Source: an uncultured Planctomycetaceae bacterium (GTDB lineage: Bacteria; Planctomycetota; Planctomycetia; Isosphaerales; Isosphaeraceae). From it: 64,000 bases of DNA. The notes under the pieces are model-generated. The model saw only the letters and a list, made by a program, of their open reading frames with translations, was not told where the DNA came from and ran no database searches. The stretch spans positions 4,576,001 through 4,640,000 of the forward strand of contig CAWIAD010000002.1 of assembly GCA_963833985.1 (NCBI GenBank), in the 5' to 3' direction. A program made the translations under genes and the position numbers. Shown piece after piece: positions 21,423-33,448 of this stretch (the stretch's first letter is position 1; each line of letters starts with the position of its first letter).

Positions 21423-21839
21423 TCAGGCCCCGGCGCCGGGCGGCCTGTCCGCCGGCCGGGCGGCCAGCGCGATCGCGTAGGCGGTGGCGTAGGTGCGGCA
21501 GTGGGCGATCGAAATCAGGATATCCGCGATTCCCCGGGTGCGCGCCACCTCCTTGGCTGCGCCTCCCACCAGCACCTGCGACTGTCCCGATTCATCCATA
21601 CGCACCTCGAGATCGGTCCACGAGATGCCCTGGCTGCCCACGGCACCCATCGCCTTGAGGATCGCTTCCTTCGCCGCCCAGCGTCCCGCGAAGTGCTCGA
21701 TCGCATGCTTGCGAGCCTGGCAATAGCGCACCTCGCGCGCCGTGTAAACCCGGCGCAGGAAGAGTTCGCCGTACTGCTCGATCATCTTGCCGATGCGCGG
21801 GCATTCGACGATGTCGGTGCCGATGCCGAGAATTTCCAA
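21423..21839 (-). CDS. acpS: Holo-[acyl-carrier-protein] synthase
   Basis: GIGTDIVE, AGRWAAKEAILKA, ISIAH. Confidence 0.93.
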   Translation of the reverse strand: MEILGIGTDIVECPRIGKMIEQYGELFLRRVYTAREVRYCQARKHAIEHFAGRWAAKEAILKAMGAVGSQGISWTDLEVRMDESGQSQVLVGGAAKEVARTRGIADILISIAHCRTYATAYAIALAARPADRPPGAGA

Positions 21840-21984
21840 AGTCCTCCAGCCCTCCCCCGCGCATCGTCCCAGAGCAGCGGTCGGAATGCAATCGTGCGCA
21901 TGGAACGAGCCGGCGAGCGTTGTGCCGCCGGCTCAGTGATCTTGCTCGGGCATGGTCCCGGGTCTGGTGCGGTCTTTCGCTGGC

Positions 21985-22737
21985 TCAGTAGGCGCCACGG
22001 CCGCGGAGCACGACGAAGAAGGTCTGCACAATGATGCGCAGGTCCCTCGCAAGCGACCAGTTCTCCACGTAGTCGCGATCAAGATCGACCATGCGAGCAT
22101 AGTCGACGTCGCTTCGGCCGCCGACCTGCCAGGGACCGGTCAGGCCCGGCATGACCTGGAGCCGGCAGGCAAACCCTTCCGGGTCCAGGGAACGCAGCTT
22201 GTCGCTGTCGCGGAGCTGGAGAGGACGCGGACCCACCAGGCTCATCTCACCGCGCAGGATGTTCAGCAACTGGGGCAGTTCATCCAGGCTCGATCGTCGC
22301 AGAAAACGGCCCAGAGGCGTCACCCGTGGATCATTGCGGAGCTTGAAGAGCACGCCATGCTCGGATTCGTTGTCGTCCTCGAGGTCCTTCAGACGCTGCT
22401 CGGCGTCGGCGACCATGGTGCGGAACTTTAGAACGTGGAAGAGCCGGCCGTGCCGACCGCGGCGAAGCTGGCGGAACAGGACAGGACCCGGTGAATCGAG
22501 CCGGATCAGAAGCATGATGCCAATCATCACCGGGGACAGGAGGAGCATGGCCATGAACGCGCCGACAAAGTCGATGCAGCGCTTGGTTGCTTGACGTAAA
22601 CCATCGATGGAAACAGGGGTTGTCTGGAGAGGTAAAGAGCGGTTCAGTTGCAGTTCGCCGTGCACCGATGTGGCCAGTTCTTGCGATTCTGAGCCGAAAT
22701 GCATGAGTTTGGGTCTCGATCTCGCCGTGAAGTTCAT
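21985..22737 (-). CDS. Bacterial sugar transferase (priming phosphoglycosyltransferase, WcaJ/WbaP C-terminal type)
   Basis: KRCIDF, KFRTM, DPRVTPLGRFLRRSSLDELPQL, GEMSLVGPRP, PGLTGPWQV. Start uncertain. Confidence 0.9.
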   Translation of the reverse strand: MNFTARSRPKLMHFGSESQELATSVHGELQLNRSLPLQTTPVSIDGLRQATKRCIDFVGAFMAMLLLSPVMIGIMLLIRLDSPGPVLFRQLRRGRHGRLFHVLKFRTMVADAEQRLKDLEDDNESEHGVLFKLRNDPRVTPLGRFLRRSSLDELPQLLNILRGEMSLVGPRPLQLRDSDKLRSLDPEGFACRLQVMPGLTGPWQVGGRSDVDYARMVDLDRDYVENWSLARDLRIIVQTFFVVLRGRGAY

Positions 22738-23375
22738 TGATGCCGTGTCTCCAGGAGCTCGTCACAGGCGGCGGGCAATGCCATGGAGCCGAAACGGAGT
22801 AGCCCAGGCTACGAAACTAAGACTTTGGGAGAGCGTCTCCGATTCCACGATTTCAATCGGTGACAGACAAGCTAGCACGGGGCATTTAGCCGGTCAATCG
22901 ACGTTGTGCCGGCTGTTGATTCCGCGCATCAAATCGAGATAAAGATCTAAAAAAGACACAATCTTTCTGGTTCTCTGCTGTTTGGAATGCTCAGTGCATT
23001 GACAAAACCAGACGATCTTCAGCCACGTCTGGCACCTCCCATTCATTGCCATTTGCCCCGAGCTCCAGACAGCACTGGCTGCGATCCGCCAGCCGGTGCA
23101 CGCCAGCAGCCGATGAACTCGCCAATCCAGATTCACCCATGCACCGTTGACTGGCATTCCTGCCGGTGCAAGCGGAGTGGCGGGATCGCCGACGCACGGA
23201 CACAGTACCTCGCCGCCCTCGGCTTTGTGACGTTCAGCCAGCGTGCACCTCGCGATCGGCCACGCCATTGTCTATACTGGGCAGACGTGCCCCAGATGCC
23301 GGCGGGGCGCGCCGCCGCTAAAGCTCTCTGGCCAAAGCGGATCTTCTTCTCCCAACGCAGGATGTGGCAATCACC

Positions 23376-25674
23376 ATGGATTTGCTCGAGGGTTTGACGG
23401 CCGCCCAGCGGCAAGCGGTGACGCACGTCGACGGGCCCCTGCTGGTCCTTGCCGGGGCGGGTTCGGGCAAGACCCGGGTGGTCACGCGCAGGGTGGCCCA
23501 CCTGCTCCATTCCGGTATCGCGGCCGAGAACATCCTTGCAATCACGTTCACCAACAAGGCAGCCGGTGAGATGCGCCAGCGCATCGACGCCCTGGTGCCC
23601 GGCTCGCGGGTCTGGGTGGGCACATTTCACGGTTTTTGCGCCCGCCTGCTGCGTATCCACGCCAGGCTGGTGGGCATCGACGCGGCGTTCACCATCTACG
23701 ACCAGGCGGACCGGCTCCGCGCCGTCAAGGACGTGATGGAGCGCCTGCTCGGAGACGAGGGCCATTTGACGCCGGAACGCGTCGAGGCGGTCATCAGCCG
23801 GGCCAAGAACGACCTGCTCAGCCCGCAGGCGCTGCGGGCTCGGGCCCATGACGAGCGCGACGGATTGATTGCACGCATTTTCGAGGCTTACGAGGAGAAG
23901 CTCCGGGTCAGCTCGGCCGTCGATTTCGACGACCTGCTCGGCCACACGGTGACCATCCTGAAGAACCACCCCGACGTCCGCGCAGGGCTCGACCGCCGCT
24001 ACCGCCATGTGCTCGTCGACGAATACCAGGACACCAACCTGGCCCAGTACGCAATTGTCCGGGCCCTGTCGGTCGACCACCCGAACCTGTGCGTCACCGG
24101 CGATCCCGACCAGTCGATCTACGGCTGGCGCGGGGCCAACCTGGCGAACATCCTCGAGTTCGAGCACGACTACCCCGGTTGCCGGGTCGTCAAGCTGGAA
24201 CGCAACTATCGCAGCACCAAGAATATCCTCAGCGTGGCCGACCACCTGATCCGGTTCAACCGCAAGCGTAAGCCCAAGTCGCTCTTGACCGAGAACCCGC
24301 GTGGCGCTCCGGTGCTGCTGTCGGTCTACGCCCGCGAAACCGATGAGGCCGAAGGGATCGCCCGCAGGATTGCAACCCTGGTTCAGGAAGGTGAGTATCA
24401 GTTTCGCGACATCGCCGTGTTCTGCCGCATGACCGCGCTGACACGCCCGATCGAGCAGGCGTTCCGGACCGCCAGGATTCCCTACCAGATCGTGGGCGGA
24501 GTGTCATTTTACGAGCGGCAGGAAGTGAAGGACGTGCTCTCGTATCTGAACCTGATGGCCAATCCGAAGGACGACCTGTCGTTCGCGCGGGTGGTGAACG
24601 TTCCGCCCCGGGGTCTCGGCAAGACATCGCTGGAACACCTGCTCACGGCGGCCCGGCAGCGGGGCATTCCGCTCCTGGAAATGGCGCGGCAAGCCAGGCG
24701 AGTGGACGGCCTGAAGGAGAAGGCGGCCCGCGGCCTGGAGGACTTTACGCGGTTGATCGACGAGCTGGCCGTCTTCTGCGATCATTCCGCCGAGGAGGTC
24801 ATTCGTCTGCTGCTGGGTCGTACCGGCTACCGCGATTATCTGGGGGAGGGCGCGCGCGACAAGGGCGAGGACCGGCTGGCGAATCTGGACGAGCTGATCT
24901 CGGCGGCCCGCGAGTTCGACCACGAGCATCCCGGCGCCCCGGTCCACGAGTTTCTGGCCGAGGTGACGCTGGCCTCGCCCATCGACCGCTGGGACCAGGA
25001 CCACGGCGCGGTGACGCTCATGACGCTGCACGCCGCCAAAGGCCTGGAATTCCCGGTGGTCTTTGTTTCCGCGCTGGAGGAGGGGCTGCTCCCCCATACG
25101 CGGGCCAACAATGACGACGACGAGCTGGAAGAAGAGCGGCGCTTGCTTTTCGTGGGCATCACGCGGGCGCGGCGCGAGCTTTACCTCAGCCTGTGCCGGA
25201 TCCGCACGTTTCGGGGCCAGATCCAGGCGACCACGCGATCCAGGTTCCTGGACGAGCTGCCGGACGAGCCGATGGAGTATCGCGACCTTTCCGGCGTGGA
25301 ATCGGCCCGCCGCGGCGCGGACCCCCGTGGTGGGGGATGGCCGCGCAGGCCGGCAGCCCCCTGGCCTTCGGGCCCCGATCCGCCGGGGTTTCGTCTCACC
25401 ACGGCGGCCGAGCTGGCGGCCCGCTCGACCGCGGGGCCGCAAGACCCCCAGGCGCCGGTGAACCCGGACGTCTTTCGAAACCGGGATCCTGGTGGCTCAC
25501 CCGCAATTCGGCGTCGGCCGGGTCACTGCGGTGGATGGCGCCGGTCCGCGCCGCAAGGTCACCGTCGCATTCACCGTGGGCGGCCCGCGGACATTCGTGC
25601 TCGGGCTGGCCCCCTTGCATCCCGTGGGAGGCAGCTCCGGCAACAGTCCCGGGGCGACCGGGAATCGCGGGTGA
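23376..25674 (+). CDS. pcrA: UvrD/PcrA family ATP-dependent DNA helicase; apparent frameshift near 25480
   Basis: AGAGSGKT, TFTNKAA, VDEYQDTN, GDPDQSIYGWRGA, NYRST, TLHAAKGLEF and EERRLLFVGITRAR. The C-terminal Tudor-like domain (HPQFGVGRV) is in the next frame, 25492..25674. Confidence 0.92.
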
Positions 25675-25748
25675 TGCCGCGCCGGGTGGTCTCTGCCTGG
25701 AGCTCTGATCGGACGGGTCTCTTGGCTGCGTAACGGAGGGATGCACCA

Positions 25749-26462
25749 ATGCTGCGGCTGGGCGTCAACATCGATCACGTCGCCACCCTGCGCCAGGCGC
25801 GGGGAGGAAGCGAGCCGGATCCTGTCTGGGCGGCGGTGAGCGCCGAGCTCGGCGGGGCAGACGGCATCACGGTTCATCTCCGCGAGGACCGCCGGCACAT
25901 CCAGGACCGCGATGTCCAGCGACTGCGGCAGACGGTGCAGGTGCGGCTCAATCTTGAGCTGGCGGCCGCGCCGGGCATCGTGGACCTGGCCTGCAAGGTC
26001 ATGCCCGACCAGGTCACCTTCGTGCCGGAACGCCGCGAGGAGCTGACCACCGAGGGTGGGCTGGACGTCGCCGGCAAGCGGCCGGGGCTGGCCGAGGCCG
26101 TGGAGCGCTGCCGCCAGGCCGGCCTCGAGGTGGCCCTGTTTCTGGACCCGGATCTGGCCCAGATCGAGGCGGGCCTGGCCATGAACGTCGCCGCGATCGA
26201 GCTGCACACGGGACGCTACGCCAGCAGCCCGGAAGGTCCCCGGCGGCAGCGCGAGCTGGAGGCACTGCGGTCCGCGGCAGCGGCGATCGTCGCCGCCGGC
26301 GTGGAGCTGCACGCCGGACATGGGCTCAACTACCGCAACGTCCAGCCCGTTGCCTTGCTTGGCGGCATGGCCGAGCTCAACATCGGTCACAGCATCGTCA
26401 GCCGCGCCCTGTTCGTGGGACTGGAGTGCGCCGTGCGCGAGATGAAGCGGTGCATCAACTGA
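25749..26462 (+). CDS. pdxJ: Pyridoxine 5'-phosphate synthase
   Basis: [46 protein letters not shown]. Confidence 0.97.
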   Translation: MLRLGVNIDHVATLRQARGGSEPDPVWAAVSAELGGADGITVHLREDRRHIQDRDVQRLRQTVQVRLNLELAAAPGIVDLACKVMPDQVTFVPERREELTTEGGLDVAGKRPGLAEAVERCRQAGLEVALFLDPDLAQIEAGLAMNVAAIELHTGRYASSPEGPRRQRELEALRSAAAAIVAAGVELHAGHGLNYRNVQPVALLGGMAELNIGHSIVSRALFVGLECAVREMKRCIN

Positions 26463-26765
26463 GCTGGGCAATCGAAGCAGCAATAATGGGCCGCAACGAT
26501 GACGACCGGCACACGACCGGGCGGGAAGCGGGAGGCAGGCGGGAGGCGTTGAGGCAGAGAGCCCAGTTGCCTTGTTTTCTTCTTCCATTTCGGCTTTCAA
26601 AGACTTATGATCTTTCATCAAGCCGAATGTTTGTGAATTCGATGGTATCTGCCCACGGTCGCATCTGGGAATCTGACCTGAGGCTCGACCTCGCACCGGG
26701 TTGCTGGAGGCCTCTGCGCCCGGCTTCCCGGCCGGGCTGGCCATTCGTTTCTCGGAGATGTGCAA

Positions 26766-27656
26766 ATGGGTAGAAAAGGGGAGATGTTCAAGGGTTGCAC
26801 GGTGGCTCTTGTCACGCCGTTCCGGGACGGTGCCGTGGACGAAGGGGCGCTGCGCGAGCTGGTGCGCTGGCACGTCGAGCAGGGAACTCCCATCATCAGC
26901 CCCGTGGGCACGACGGGAGAAGCGCCCACGCTCTCGCACGACGAGCATGAGCGGGTCATCTCGGTGGTGCTGGAGGCGGCCGCGGGCAAGGCCCGCGTGA
27001 TACCCGGCACCGGGTCGAACGCGACGGCCGAGGCGATCCGGTTGACCCGGTTCGCCGCCCGGGCCGGCGCTGACGGCGCCCTGCTGGTGGCGCCGTATTA
27101 CAACCGGCCCAGCCAGGAAGGGATGTATCGGCACTTCGCGGCGATTGCCGAGAGCACGGATCTTCCTCTGGTACTCTACAACATTCCCGGCCGCACCGGG
27201 CGGAACATGGAGCCGGAGACGGTCGAACGGCTGGCCCGCATCGGCCCGATCGTGGCCATCAAGGAGGCGGCCGGCTCGCTGGACCAGGTGAGCGAGCTGC
27301 TGGTCCGGACCGACTTGACGGTCCTTTCCGGCGACGACAGCCTCACCTTGCCCATGCTGGCCGTGGGCGCCCAGGGAGTGGTCTCGGTGGTTGCCAACCT
27401 TGTCCCACGTGACGTCATGGCCCTCGTGGCCGCCTTCGAGGGAGGACGCCTGGAAGAGGCGAGGATGCGCCACGCGCGTCTCTTTCCGCTGTGCAGGGAT
27501 TTGCTGGGGCTGGCTCCGAATCCTGTTCCGGTCAAGGCGGCCCTGGCCAGGCTGGGGCGCGGCAACGCAGAGCTGCGCCTGCCGCTCTGCCCGCTCGACG
27601 AGAAGGCCCAGGCAACGCTCGAAAATGCACTATTTCGATATGACCTATTGACCTGA
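26766..27656 (+). CDS. dapA: 4-hydroxy-tetrahydrodipicolinate synthase
   Basis: ALVTPF, GTTGE, PYYNRP, YNIPGRT, catalytic IKEA, SGDD, NPVPVK. Confidence 0.95.
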   Translation: MGRKGEMFKGCTVALVTPFRDGAVDEGALRELVRWHVEQGTPIISPVGTTGEAPTLSHDEHERVISVVLEAAAGKARVIPGTGSNATAEAIRLTRFAARAGADGALLVAPYYNRPSQEGMYRHFAAIAESTDLPLVLYNIPGRTGRNMEPETVERLARIGPIVAIKEAAGSLDQVSELLVRTDLTVLSGDDSLTLPMLAVGAQGVVSVVANLVPRDVMALVAAFEGGRLEEARMRHARLFPLCRDLLGLAPNPVPVKAALARLGRGNAELRLPLCPLDEKAQATLENALFRYDLLT

Positions 27657-28074
27657 CCTCCTCAATGCAGTTATGACAGTAGTGTCGCGGCAAAGAGAAC
27701 GATGTGTCTGCACCACAGACATCAAAGCACCTTGAGTTCAACAACCGCCTGAGTCGGGTGCCAGAATCCGGAGTCCCCTGGCTGCGTCCGGTCGATTCCC
27801 CCAGCCGCCCTTGCTTGAGCTGGCCTTCCGGCGGCTCGGGGCAGCCTTGAGGGGGAGACGCACGCCAGCGCTCCAGCCGCGGCGGGCCGTGGTTCGTGGG
27901 GATTCGTTGCCAGGATTCCATAGATGAATTCGACTATTCCCTGCACACTGCGGCTCTCACAGAAGATTCTGCTCCGGCGGTTCTTCCTGGTGATCGAACG
28001 GGGTGACGTCAACCTCGTTTCCTGTACGATTCTCACAACTCTCCTGGGCTTCATCGCTTCAGAAAGAAGGTCTC

Positions 28075-28488
28075 ATGGCGCGTAAAGATGCCAAGCGTTC
28101 CGACGAGGGCAACGGTCAGGATGTCGAGTACCTCCCGGAGGTCTCCGAGCAGGCCATCCGCGAGCTTGCCCAGGTTTTCAAGCTGCTCAGCGACGAGACC
28201 AGGCTGCGCATCCTGTTCTATCTGGCCCTCTCGGAGAATCGCGAGTTGCACGTGACCGACCTCTGCCAGAGGCTTGGCCAGAGCCAGCCCGCGGTGAGCC
28301 ATCACCTGGCGCTCTTGCGCGTCTCCGGGCTCATCGAGTCTCGCCGGGAAGGCAAGCACAACTTTTACAGTGTGCGTACCGACCACTTTGGCGACCTGCT
28401 GCTCTCGCTCTTCTCGGCCGCCGGCGAGGTGCCTCGCAACAAGAAGTACAAGTTCCACGATTTCACCCTGGCCTACACGGGAGCCTGA
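28075..28488 (+). CDS. ArsR/SmtB family transcriptional regulator
   Basis: FKLLSDETRLRIL, SQPAVSHHLALLR, RREGKHNFYS. Confidence 0.9.
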   Translation: MARKDAKRSDEGNGQDVEYLPEVSEQAIRELAQVFKLLSDETRLRILFYLALSENRELHVTDLCQRLGQSQPAVSHHLALLRVSGLIESRREGKHNFYSVRTDHFGDLLLSLFSAAGEVPRNKKYKFHDFTLAYTGA

Positions 28489-29101
28489 AAACTCCAGGCC
28501 GAAACCAGAGGCCGCCTCGCAGCGCAGCCCGCGGATCATCCGCGGTCTGCAAGTTCGCGGTTCGTCGTCCGCGCCAGCCGCGGGCTTGCTCGCCAGGCCC
28601 GTGTTTCCTGGCGTCTACCTCACGCTGGCGGCCGTCCGCCTTCCCGCACGCATGCTTGTGTAATGTGTGATTTTATGGTCATCCGTCACCTCTTGAGCAT
28701 GGCCGGCACTCCGCCGGCCTTGCCATGACCATACCGCTTCCTCGCACATCCCGGATGGACCGCCCTCTGACGCGGCCGGTCCGGTCGATCCCGTACCACG
28801 CCTATGTGGGTCCGCGGCCCGGACGGGTGGTCCTGGACGGGGACCAGCGGTGACCATCCGGTTCATCTTGACCGGCGGGCGGCTTCCATGCAGAATGCCC
28901 GCGTCGACGTACCGGATGGCATCGCGCGGGGGCGATAGGCCCTCTCGCTTGGCTGCGTGGCAAACCTCTATGTACCTGCTCTGACGGCGGCGGGACCGCT
29001 GGAATCAGTCAACGCAGCAGGGCGGCTCGCCGGCAAGCGAGTGCTTCGACCGCAGTTCCCAGGAATCCACGACTACCAGCGGTAAAAAAGGAGTTGTACC
29101 G

Positions 29102-29845
29102 ATGGTCATTTCCTCTCGTGTGGTCGCCGCGACAGGTCTCTGTGCGGTCGGGGTCGGCCTCTTGCTGGCCGGTCCGAGCCTTGGCCAGCAGCAAGACGCA
29201 GGCGTGCGGCGTACCGCCAGCCCCTCAACCGCAACGCCGGCCGGTCCGGTCGCCCCGGTCATTGGCACCGTCGACATGGACGCCGTCTTCAAGAACTACG
29301 ACAAGGTGAAGGCCTCCAGCGAGGAGTTCAAGTCAGCCGCCTTGCAGCGCAAGGGTGAGCTTCAGAAGATTCAGTCCGAGGCGCAGCAGGAGGCCGAGAT
29401 CCTGGCCAAGCTGACGCCGGGCACGGAGGACTACAAGAAGCACGAGAACCGGGTCACCCAGCTCAAGGCCCAGTTCGAGGCCGGCCGCGAGCAGGCTGAG
29501 CGCGACTTCGCCTCACGCGAGGCCGAGGCCATGGCCACACTCTACAAGGAAGTCCAGGCCATGGTGGGGCGAATTGCCCAGTGGCGCAAGATGACCTACA
29601 TCGTCAAGGTGTCGAATCAGCCAATCTCGGGCAGCAACCCGAACTCGGTGATGGCGGCCATGGCCAACACGGTGGTCTATGCGGACCCCCGGAACGACAT
29701 CACCAATGACGTGGTCTACAACCTGAACCGGATCTACAAGGCCACCGGCGGCGCCGCCACGAAAGGCTCCGCGGCCACCCAGGCCCCCGCGGGGAGTGCC
29801 CCGGCCGGAGGCGCTGCGCGTCCCGAGGACGGCAGCGGCAACTGA
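29102..29845 (+). CDS. skp: OmpH/Skp family periplasmic chaperone
   Basis: Signal peptide, [10 protein letters not shown], coiled-coil body and VVYA...DITNDV; located upstream of the lpx genes. Confidence 0.8.
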   Translation: MVISSRVVAATGLCAVGVGLLLAGPSLGQQQDAGVRRTASPSTATPAGPVAPVIGTVDMDAVFKNYDKVKASSEEFKSAALQRKGELQKIQSEAQQEAEILAKLTPGTEDYKKHENRVTQLKAQFEAGREQAERDFASREAEAMATLYKEVQAMVGRIAQWRKMTYIVKVSNQPISGSNPNSVMAAMANTVVYADPRNDITNDVVYNLNRIYKATGGAATKGSAATQAPAGSAPAGGAARPEDGSGN

Positions 29846-30062
29846 GGTGGAACCGGCGGTGGGGGCGAAGACGCCCTGCCTGCCCCCCGCTTGCCCCCCG
29901 CGGTGCGGCCGCGGCGGGCGCGACCCCGCGATGTCCCGATTCTTCTTCTCGAGGTGCTGTCGAAGCAGCCACGGCTGGCTGCTTCCAGCGCCACCGGCGC
30001 ATCCCGCGGTCCCCGCGACCGCGCATGGCGAGTCCACCGTCAGCATGAGGAAAACCAGAGTA

Positions 30063-31406
30063 ATGCTCACCACCAGGCGATTGCAACGCACGCTTGCCCG
30101 CGCCACCGAAGTGCGCGGGATCGGCTTCTTTCAGGGCTCTGACGTCACGCTCCGGTTCAACCCGGCCGAGCCGGACAGCGGCATCGTCTTCGTGCGCCGC
30201 GACCTGGCGGATGAGCCGGAGGTACCTGCCCTCATCGGTTCGGTGGTTCCCTCACCCCGGCGGACGACGATCCAGCGTGGGACCGCCCAGGTGGAAATGA
30301 TCGAGCATGTGATGGCCGCCCTTGCCGGGGCGCGCATTGACAACTGCCGGATCGAGGTGGACGCTCCGGAATGCCCGGGTTGCGACGGGTCCAGCCAGGC
30401 GTTCGTCGACGCCCTGGAGCAAGCCGGGGTGATCGAGCAGGATCGTCCGCGACAGGCGCTCGTGGTGGAGCGGTCGTTCCTGGTACGCGAGGGCAACGCC
30501 ACATTGGCCGCGCATCCGGGAACCGGCGAAGGCCTGACGCTGTCGTACCACCTGGACTACGGCTCCGACTCGTTCATCACCCCGCAGAGTTACCTGATCG
30601 AGCTGACTCCGCCCGCATTCTGCCGCGAGCTGTCGGCCAGCCGGACCTTCCTGCTGGAATCCGAGGTGCAAGCGCTGCGAGCCGCTGGGATCGGCACGCG
30701 TGCCACCCATGCCGACGTGCTCATTTTCGGCCGCGAGGGCGTCGTGGGCAACAGCCTCCGCTTCGCCGACGAATGCGCCCGGCACAAGCTCCTGGACATG
30801 GTGGGCGACCTGTCGCTGCTGGGCATGGACCTGCACGGTTTCGTGGTGGCGCACAAGTCGGGCCATCACACCAACGCCGCGCTGGTGCGGAAGCTGCTTC
30901 AGGGCCTGGAGAAGGAAAAGGAGCAGAGCACGCGGCCTCCGACCATTCCGTTGCGCGAAGATGGAACAATCGATATCCGCGGAATTCTCGATATCTTACC
31001 GCATCGCTACCCCTTCTTGCTGGTCGATCGGGTGCTTGAGATTCAAGCCGGCAAGTCCATCGTGGCGATCAAGAATGTGAGCGCCAACGAGCCGTTCTTC
31101 CAGGGTCACTGGCCGGGGCGGCCGATCATGCCGGGCGTACTGATCATCGAGGCGATGGCCCAGGCCGGCGGCGTCCTGGTCGCGGCGACCATGGAGCGGT
31201 CCGGACGTGTGGCGATGCTGGCGTCGGTGGACTCGGTCAAGCTACGACGGCCGGTCATCCCCGGCGACCAGCTCCGCCTGGAGGTCCGTGCGGAGCGTAT
31301 CAAATCGAACTCGGCCTGCGTCATCGGCGTCGCCAAGGTCGGCGATGCGGTGGCCTCCGAGGCCAAGATCCGGTTTGTCATCGTTGACGCTCATCTCGCC
31401 GCATGA
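30063..31406 (+). CDS. lpxC/fabZ: Bifunctional LpxC (UDP-3-O-acyl-GlcNAc deacetylase) / FabZ (3-hydroxyacyl-ACP dehydratase)
   Basis: LpxC part: QRTL, IEH, DGSS, SRTF, HKLLD, KSGH. FabZ part: [31 protein letters not shown]. Confidence 0.93.
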   Translation: MLTTRRLQRTLARATEVRGIGFFQGSDVTLRFNPAEPDSGIVFVRRDLADEPEVPALIGSVVPSPRRTTIQRGTAQVEMIEHVMAALAGARIDNCRIEVDAPECPGCDGSSQAFVDALEQAGVIEQDRPRQALVVERSFLVREGNATLAAHPGTGEGLTLSYHLDYGSDSFITPQSYLIELTPPAFCRELSASRTFLLESEVQALRAAGIGTRATHADVLIFGREGVVGNSLRFADECARHKLLDMVGDLSLLGMDLHGFVVAHKSGHHTNAALVRKLLQGLEKEKEQSTRPPTIPLREDGTIDIRGILDILPHRYPFLLVDRVLEIQAGKSIVAIKNVSANEPFFQGHWPGRPIMPGVLIIEAMAQAGGVLVAATMERSGRVAMLASVDSVKLRRPVIPGDQLRLEVRAERIKSNSACVIGVAKVGDAVASEAKIRFVIVDAHLAA

Positions 31407-31512
31407 GGCGTTCTTTCCAGCGCAGCCGGTCCCGGACTTGCGGCCACGCGAGCACGCGACCTGGCAGGGCGCTCTCCCGTTCACGTTTTCAGGCTCCCGA
31501 GGACAAAGTCCC

Positions 31513-32316
31513 ATGGCCACGATGATTGCGGACACCGCCTGCATCGACCCCCGCGCCGACATCGCCGACGATGTCGAGATCGGGCCTTACTGTGTCGTCG
31601 GGCCCGACGTCAAGATTGGCAGGGGCACCCGTCTCATCGCTCACGTCTGCCTGATGGGCCACACCTCGCTGGGAGAGAATAACGTCGTCCATCCGTTCTC
31701 GGTCCTGGGCGGCGAGCCCCAGGATTTCTCGTACAGCGGTAGTCCCACGCGCGTCGAGATTGGCGACAACAACGTCTTCCGCGAGGCGGTCACCATCCAC
31801 CGCGGCAGCGACAAGGAGCAAGGCTTCACGCGCGTCGGCTCGAACAACTTCCTCATGGCCAACGTTCATGTGGGCCATGACTGCGTGTTCGGCGACCGGA
31901 TCCTGGTGGCCAATAACTCCATGTTCGCCGGCCATATTCATGTGGAATCCTTCGCCAACATCTCCGGCGCGGTCGGATTGCACCAGTTCGTCCGGGTAGG
32001 CGCGTATAGCTACATCGGCGGTATGTCCCGCATCGTCCATGACGTGCCTCCCTACATGCTCATCGAGGGCAACCCCTCGAAGGTCCGCTGCATCAACATC
32101 GTCGGCCTGAAGCGGCATCACCTCACCCCCGAGGCGATCACCGCGCTGCACGAGGCGCACCGGCTGCTCTTCCGTGCCCGCATGACCAGCAAGCAAGCCA
32201 CTGAAATCCTCGAAGCGCATGGCCACCTCTGTGCCGAGGTCCGCCGCCTGCTCGATTTCATCGAGTACCAGCAGCAGGGCAAGCACGGCCGCGGCCGCGA
32301 GCGCGGGAGATCCTGA
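31513..32316 (+). CDS. lpxA: Acyl-ACP--UDP-N-acetylglucosamine O-acyltransferase
   Basis: Hexapeptide repeats, GGEPQD, HVGHDC, HQFVRVG, DVPPY, NIVGLKR. Confidence 0.95.
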   Translation: MATMIADTACIDPRADIADDVEIGPYCVVGPDVKIGRGTRLIAHVCLMGHTSLGENNVVHPFSVLGGEPQDFSYSGSPTRVEIGDNNVFREAVTIHRGSDKEQGFTRVGSNNFLMANVHVGHDCVFGDRILVANNSMFAGHIHVESFANISGAVGLHQFVRVGAYSYIGGMSRIVHDVPPYMLIEGNPSKVRCINIVGLKRHHLTPEAITALHEAHRLLFRARMTSKQATEILEAHGHLCAEVRRLLDFIEYQQQGKHGRGRERGRS

Positions 32317-32320
32317 CACG

Positions 32321-33448
32321 ATGAAACGGCTCCGCGTCGGCGTTGTGGGCGTTGGACACCTGGGCCAGCATCATGCGCGGATCCTCGCGAATCTGCCCGG
32401 CGTGGAACTCGTTGCCGTGGCCGATTCGCGGCTCGAACAGGCGCAGAACGTCGCCAACAAGCTGGGAACGCGCGCCGTGGCCGATTGCGGCCAGCTCCTG
32501 GACCGGATCGACGCCGTCTCCATCGCCGTGCCCACCTTCCTGCACCGCGAGGTGGCCGGGATGTTCCTCGAGCGCGGCATCCCCACGCTGGTGGAGAAGC
32601 CGCTGGCCAGCTCGCTGGCCGAGGCCGAAGAGCTTGTGGCCCTGGCACGGGTCAGCGGCGCACTGCTTCAGGTCGGCCACATCGAACGTTTCAACCCCGC
32701 CCTGTCGGCGCTCGGCGACCGGCCGATCCGCCCGCGCTACATCAGCGCCGAGCGACTCTCCACCTACACATTCCGCTCCACCGACATCGGCGTCGTGCTC
32801 GACCTCATGATCCACGACATCGACCTGGTGCTCGCGCTGGTGGGCCCAGCCGCGGTGCGTTCGGTCGCGGCCGTGGGCGTGAGCCTCTTCGGCGAGCACG
32901 AAGACGTGGCCAACGCGCGTGTCGAGTTCGACAACGGCACCGTGGCCAACCTCACCGCCAGCCGCGCCAGCTACGCTGCCCTGCGAAAGATGCGGATCTG
33001 GAGCACCGAGGGCTACGCTTCGCTCGACTTCGCGGCCAGAACGGCCACGCTGGTCCAGCCATCCGACCAGTTCCTGAGCGGCCAGCTTGCCCTGGAGGAC
33101 GTGGATCTGAGCCAGCCCGCGGCCATCAAGGAACACCTCTTCGGCAAGGTCCTCCGGGTCGACCAGGTGCAGACCCCGGGCCGTGAGCCTCTGGCGCTGG
33201 AGCTGGAAGACTTCGTCCAGGCCGTGCGTGGCGGCGTCCGTCCGCGCGTGAGCGGTGACGACGCCCTCCGCGCCATGCGCCTGGCCGACCAGGTTCTGCG
33301 CAGCATCTCCGCCCATCGCTGGGAAGCGGACGCGTCCACTCCGGTCCCCGCTCAACCCGTCGAAACTCCCTCCCTGCTCCGCGGTCCCCATGCCTGGCGG
33401 ATCAAGAACCGCCAGAAGAACGCCTCGAACACCGGCCAGGGCGGGTGA
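32321..33448 (+). CDS. Gfo/Idh/MocA family oxidoreductase (GnnA-like)
   Basis: GVGHLG, EKP, VGHIERFNP, DLMIHDID; starts 4 bp after the lpxA stop. Confidence 0.85.
   Translation: MKRLRVGVVGVGHLGQHHARILANLPGVELVAVADSRLEQAQNVANKLGTRAVADCGQLLDRIDAVSIAVPTFLHREVAGMFLERGIPTLVEKPLASSLAEAEELVALARVSGALLQVGHIERFNPALSALGDRPIRPRYISAERLSTYTFRSTDIGVVLDLMIHDIDLVLALVGPAAVRSVAAVGVSLFGEHEDVANARVEFDNGTVANLTASRASYAALRKMRIWSTEGYASLDFAARTATLVQPSDQFLSGQLALEDVDLSQPAAIKEHLFGKVLRVDQVQTPGREPLALELEDFVQAVRGGVRPRVSGDDALRAMRLADQVLRSISAHRWEADASTPVPAQPVETPSLLRGPHAWRIKNRQKNASNTGQGG

Noticed and set aside
26463..26765. Lysine riboswitch upstream of dapA
   Set aside because: I could not find the conserved lysine-riboswitch core elements by eye; an Rfam scan would be needed.
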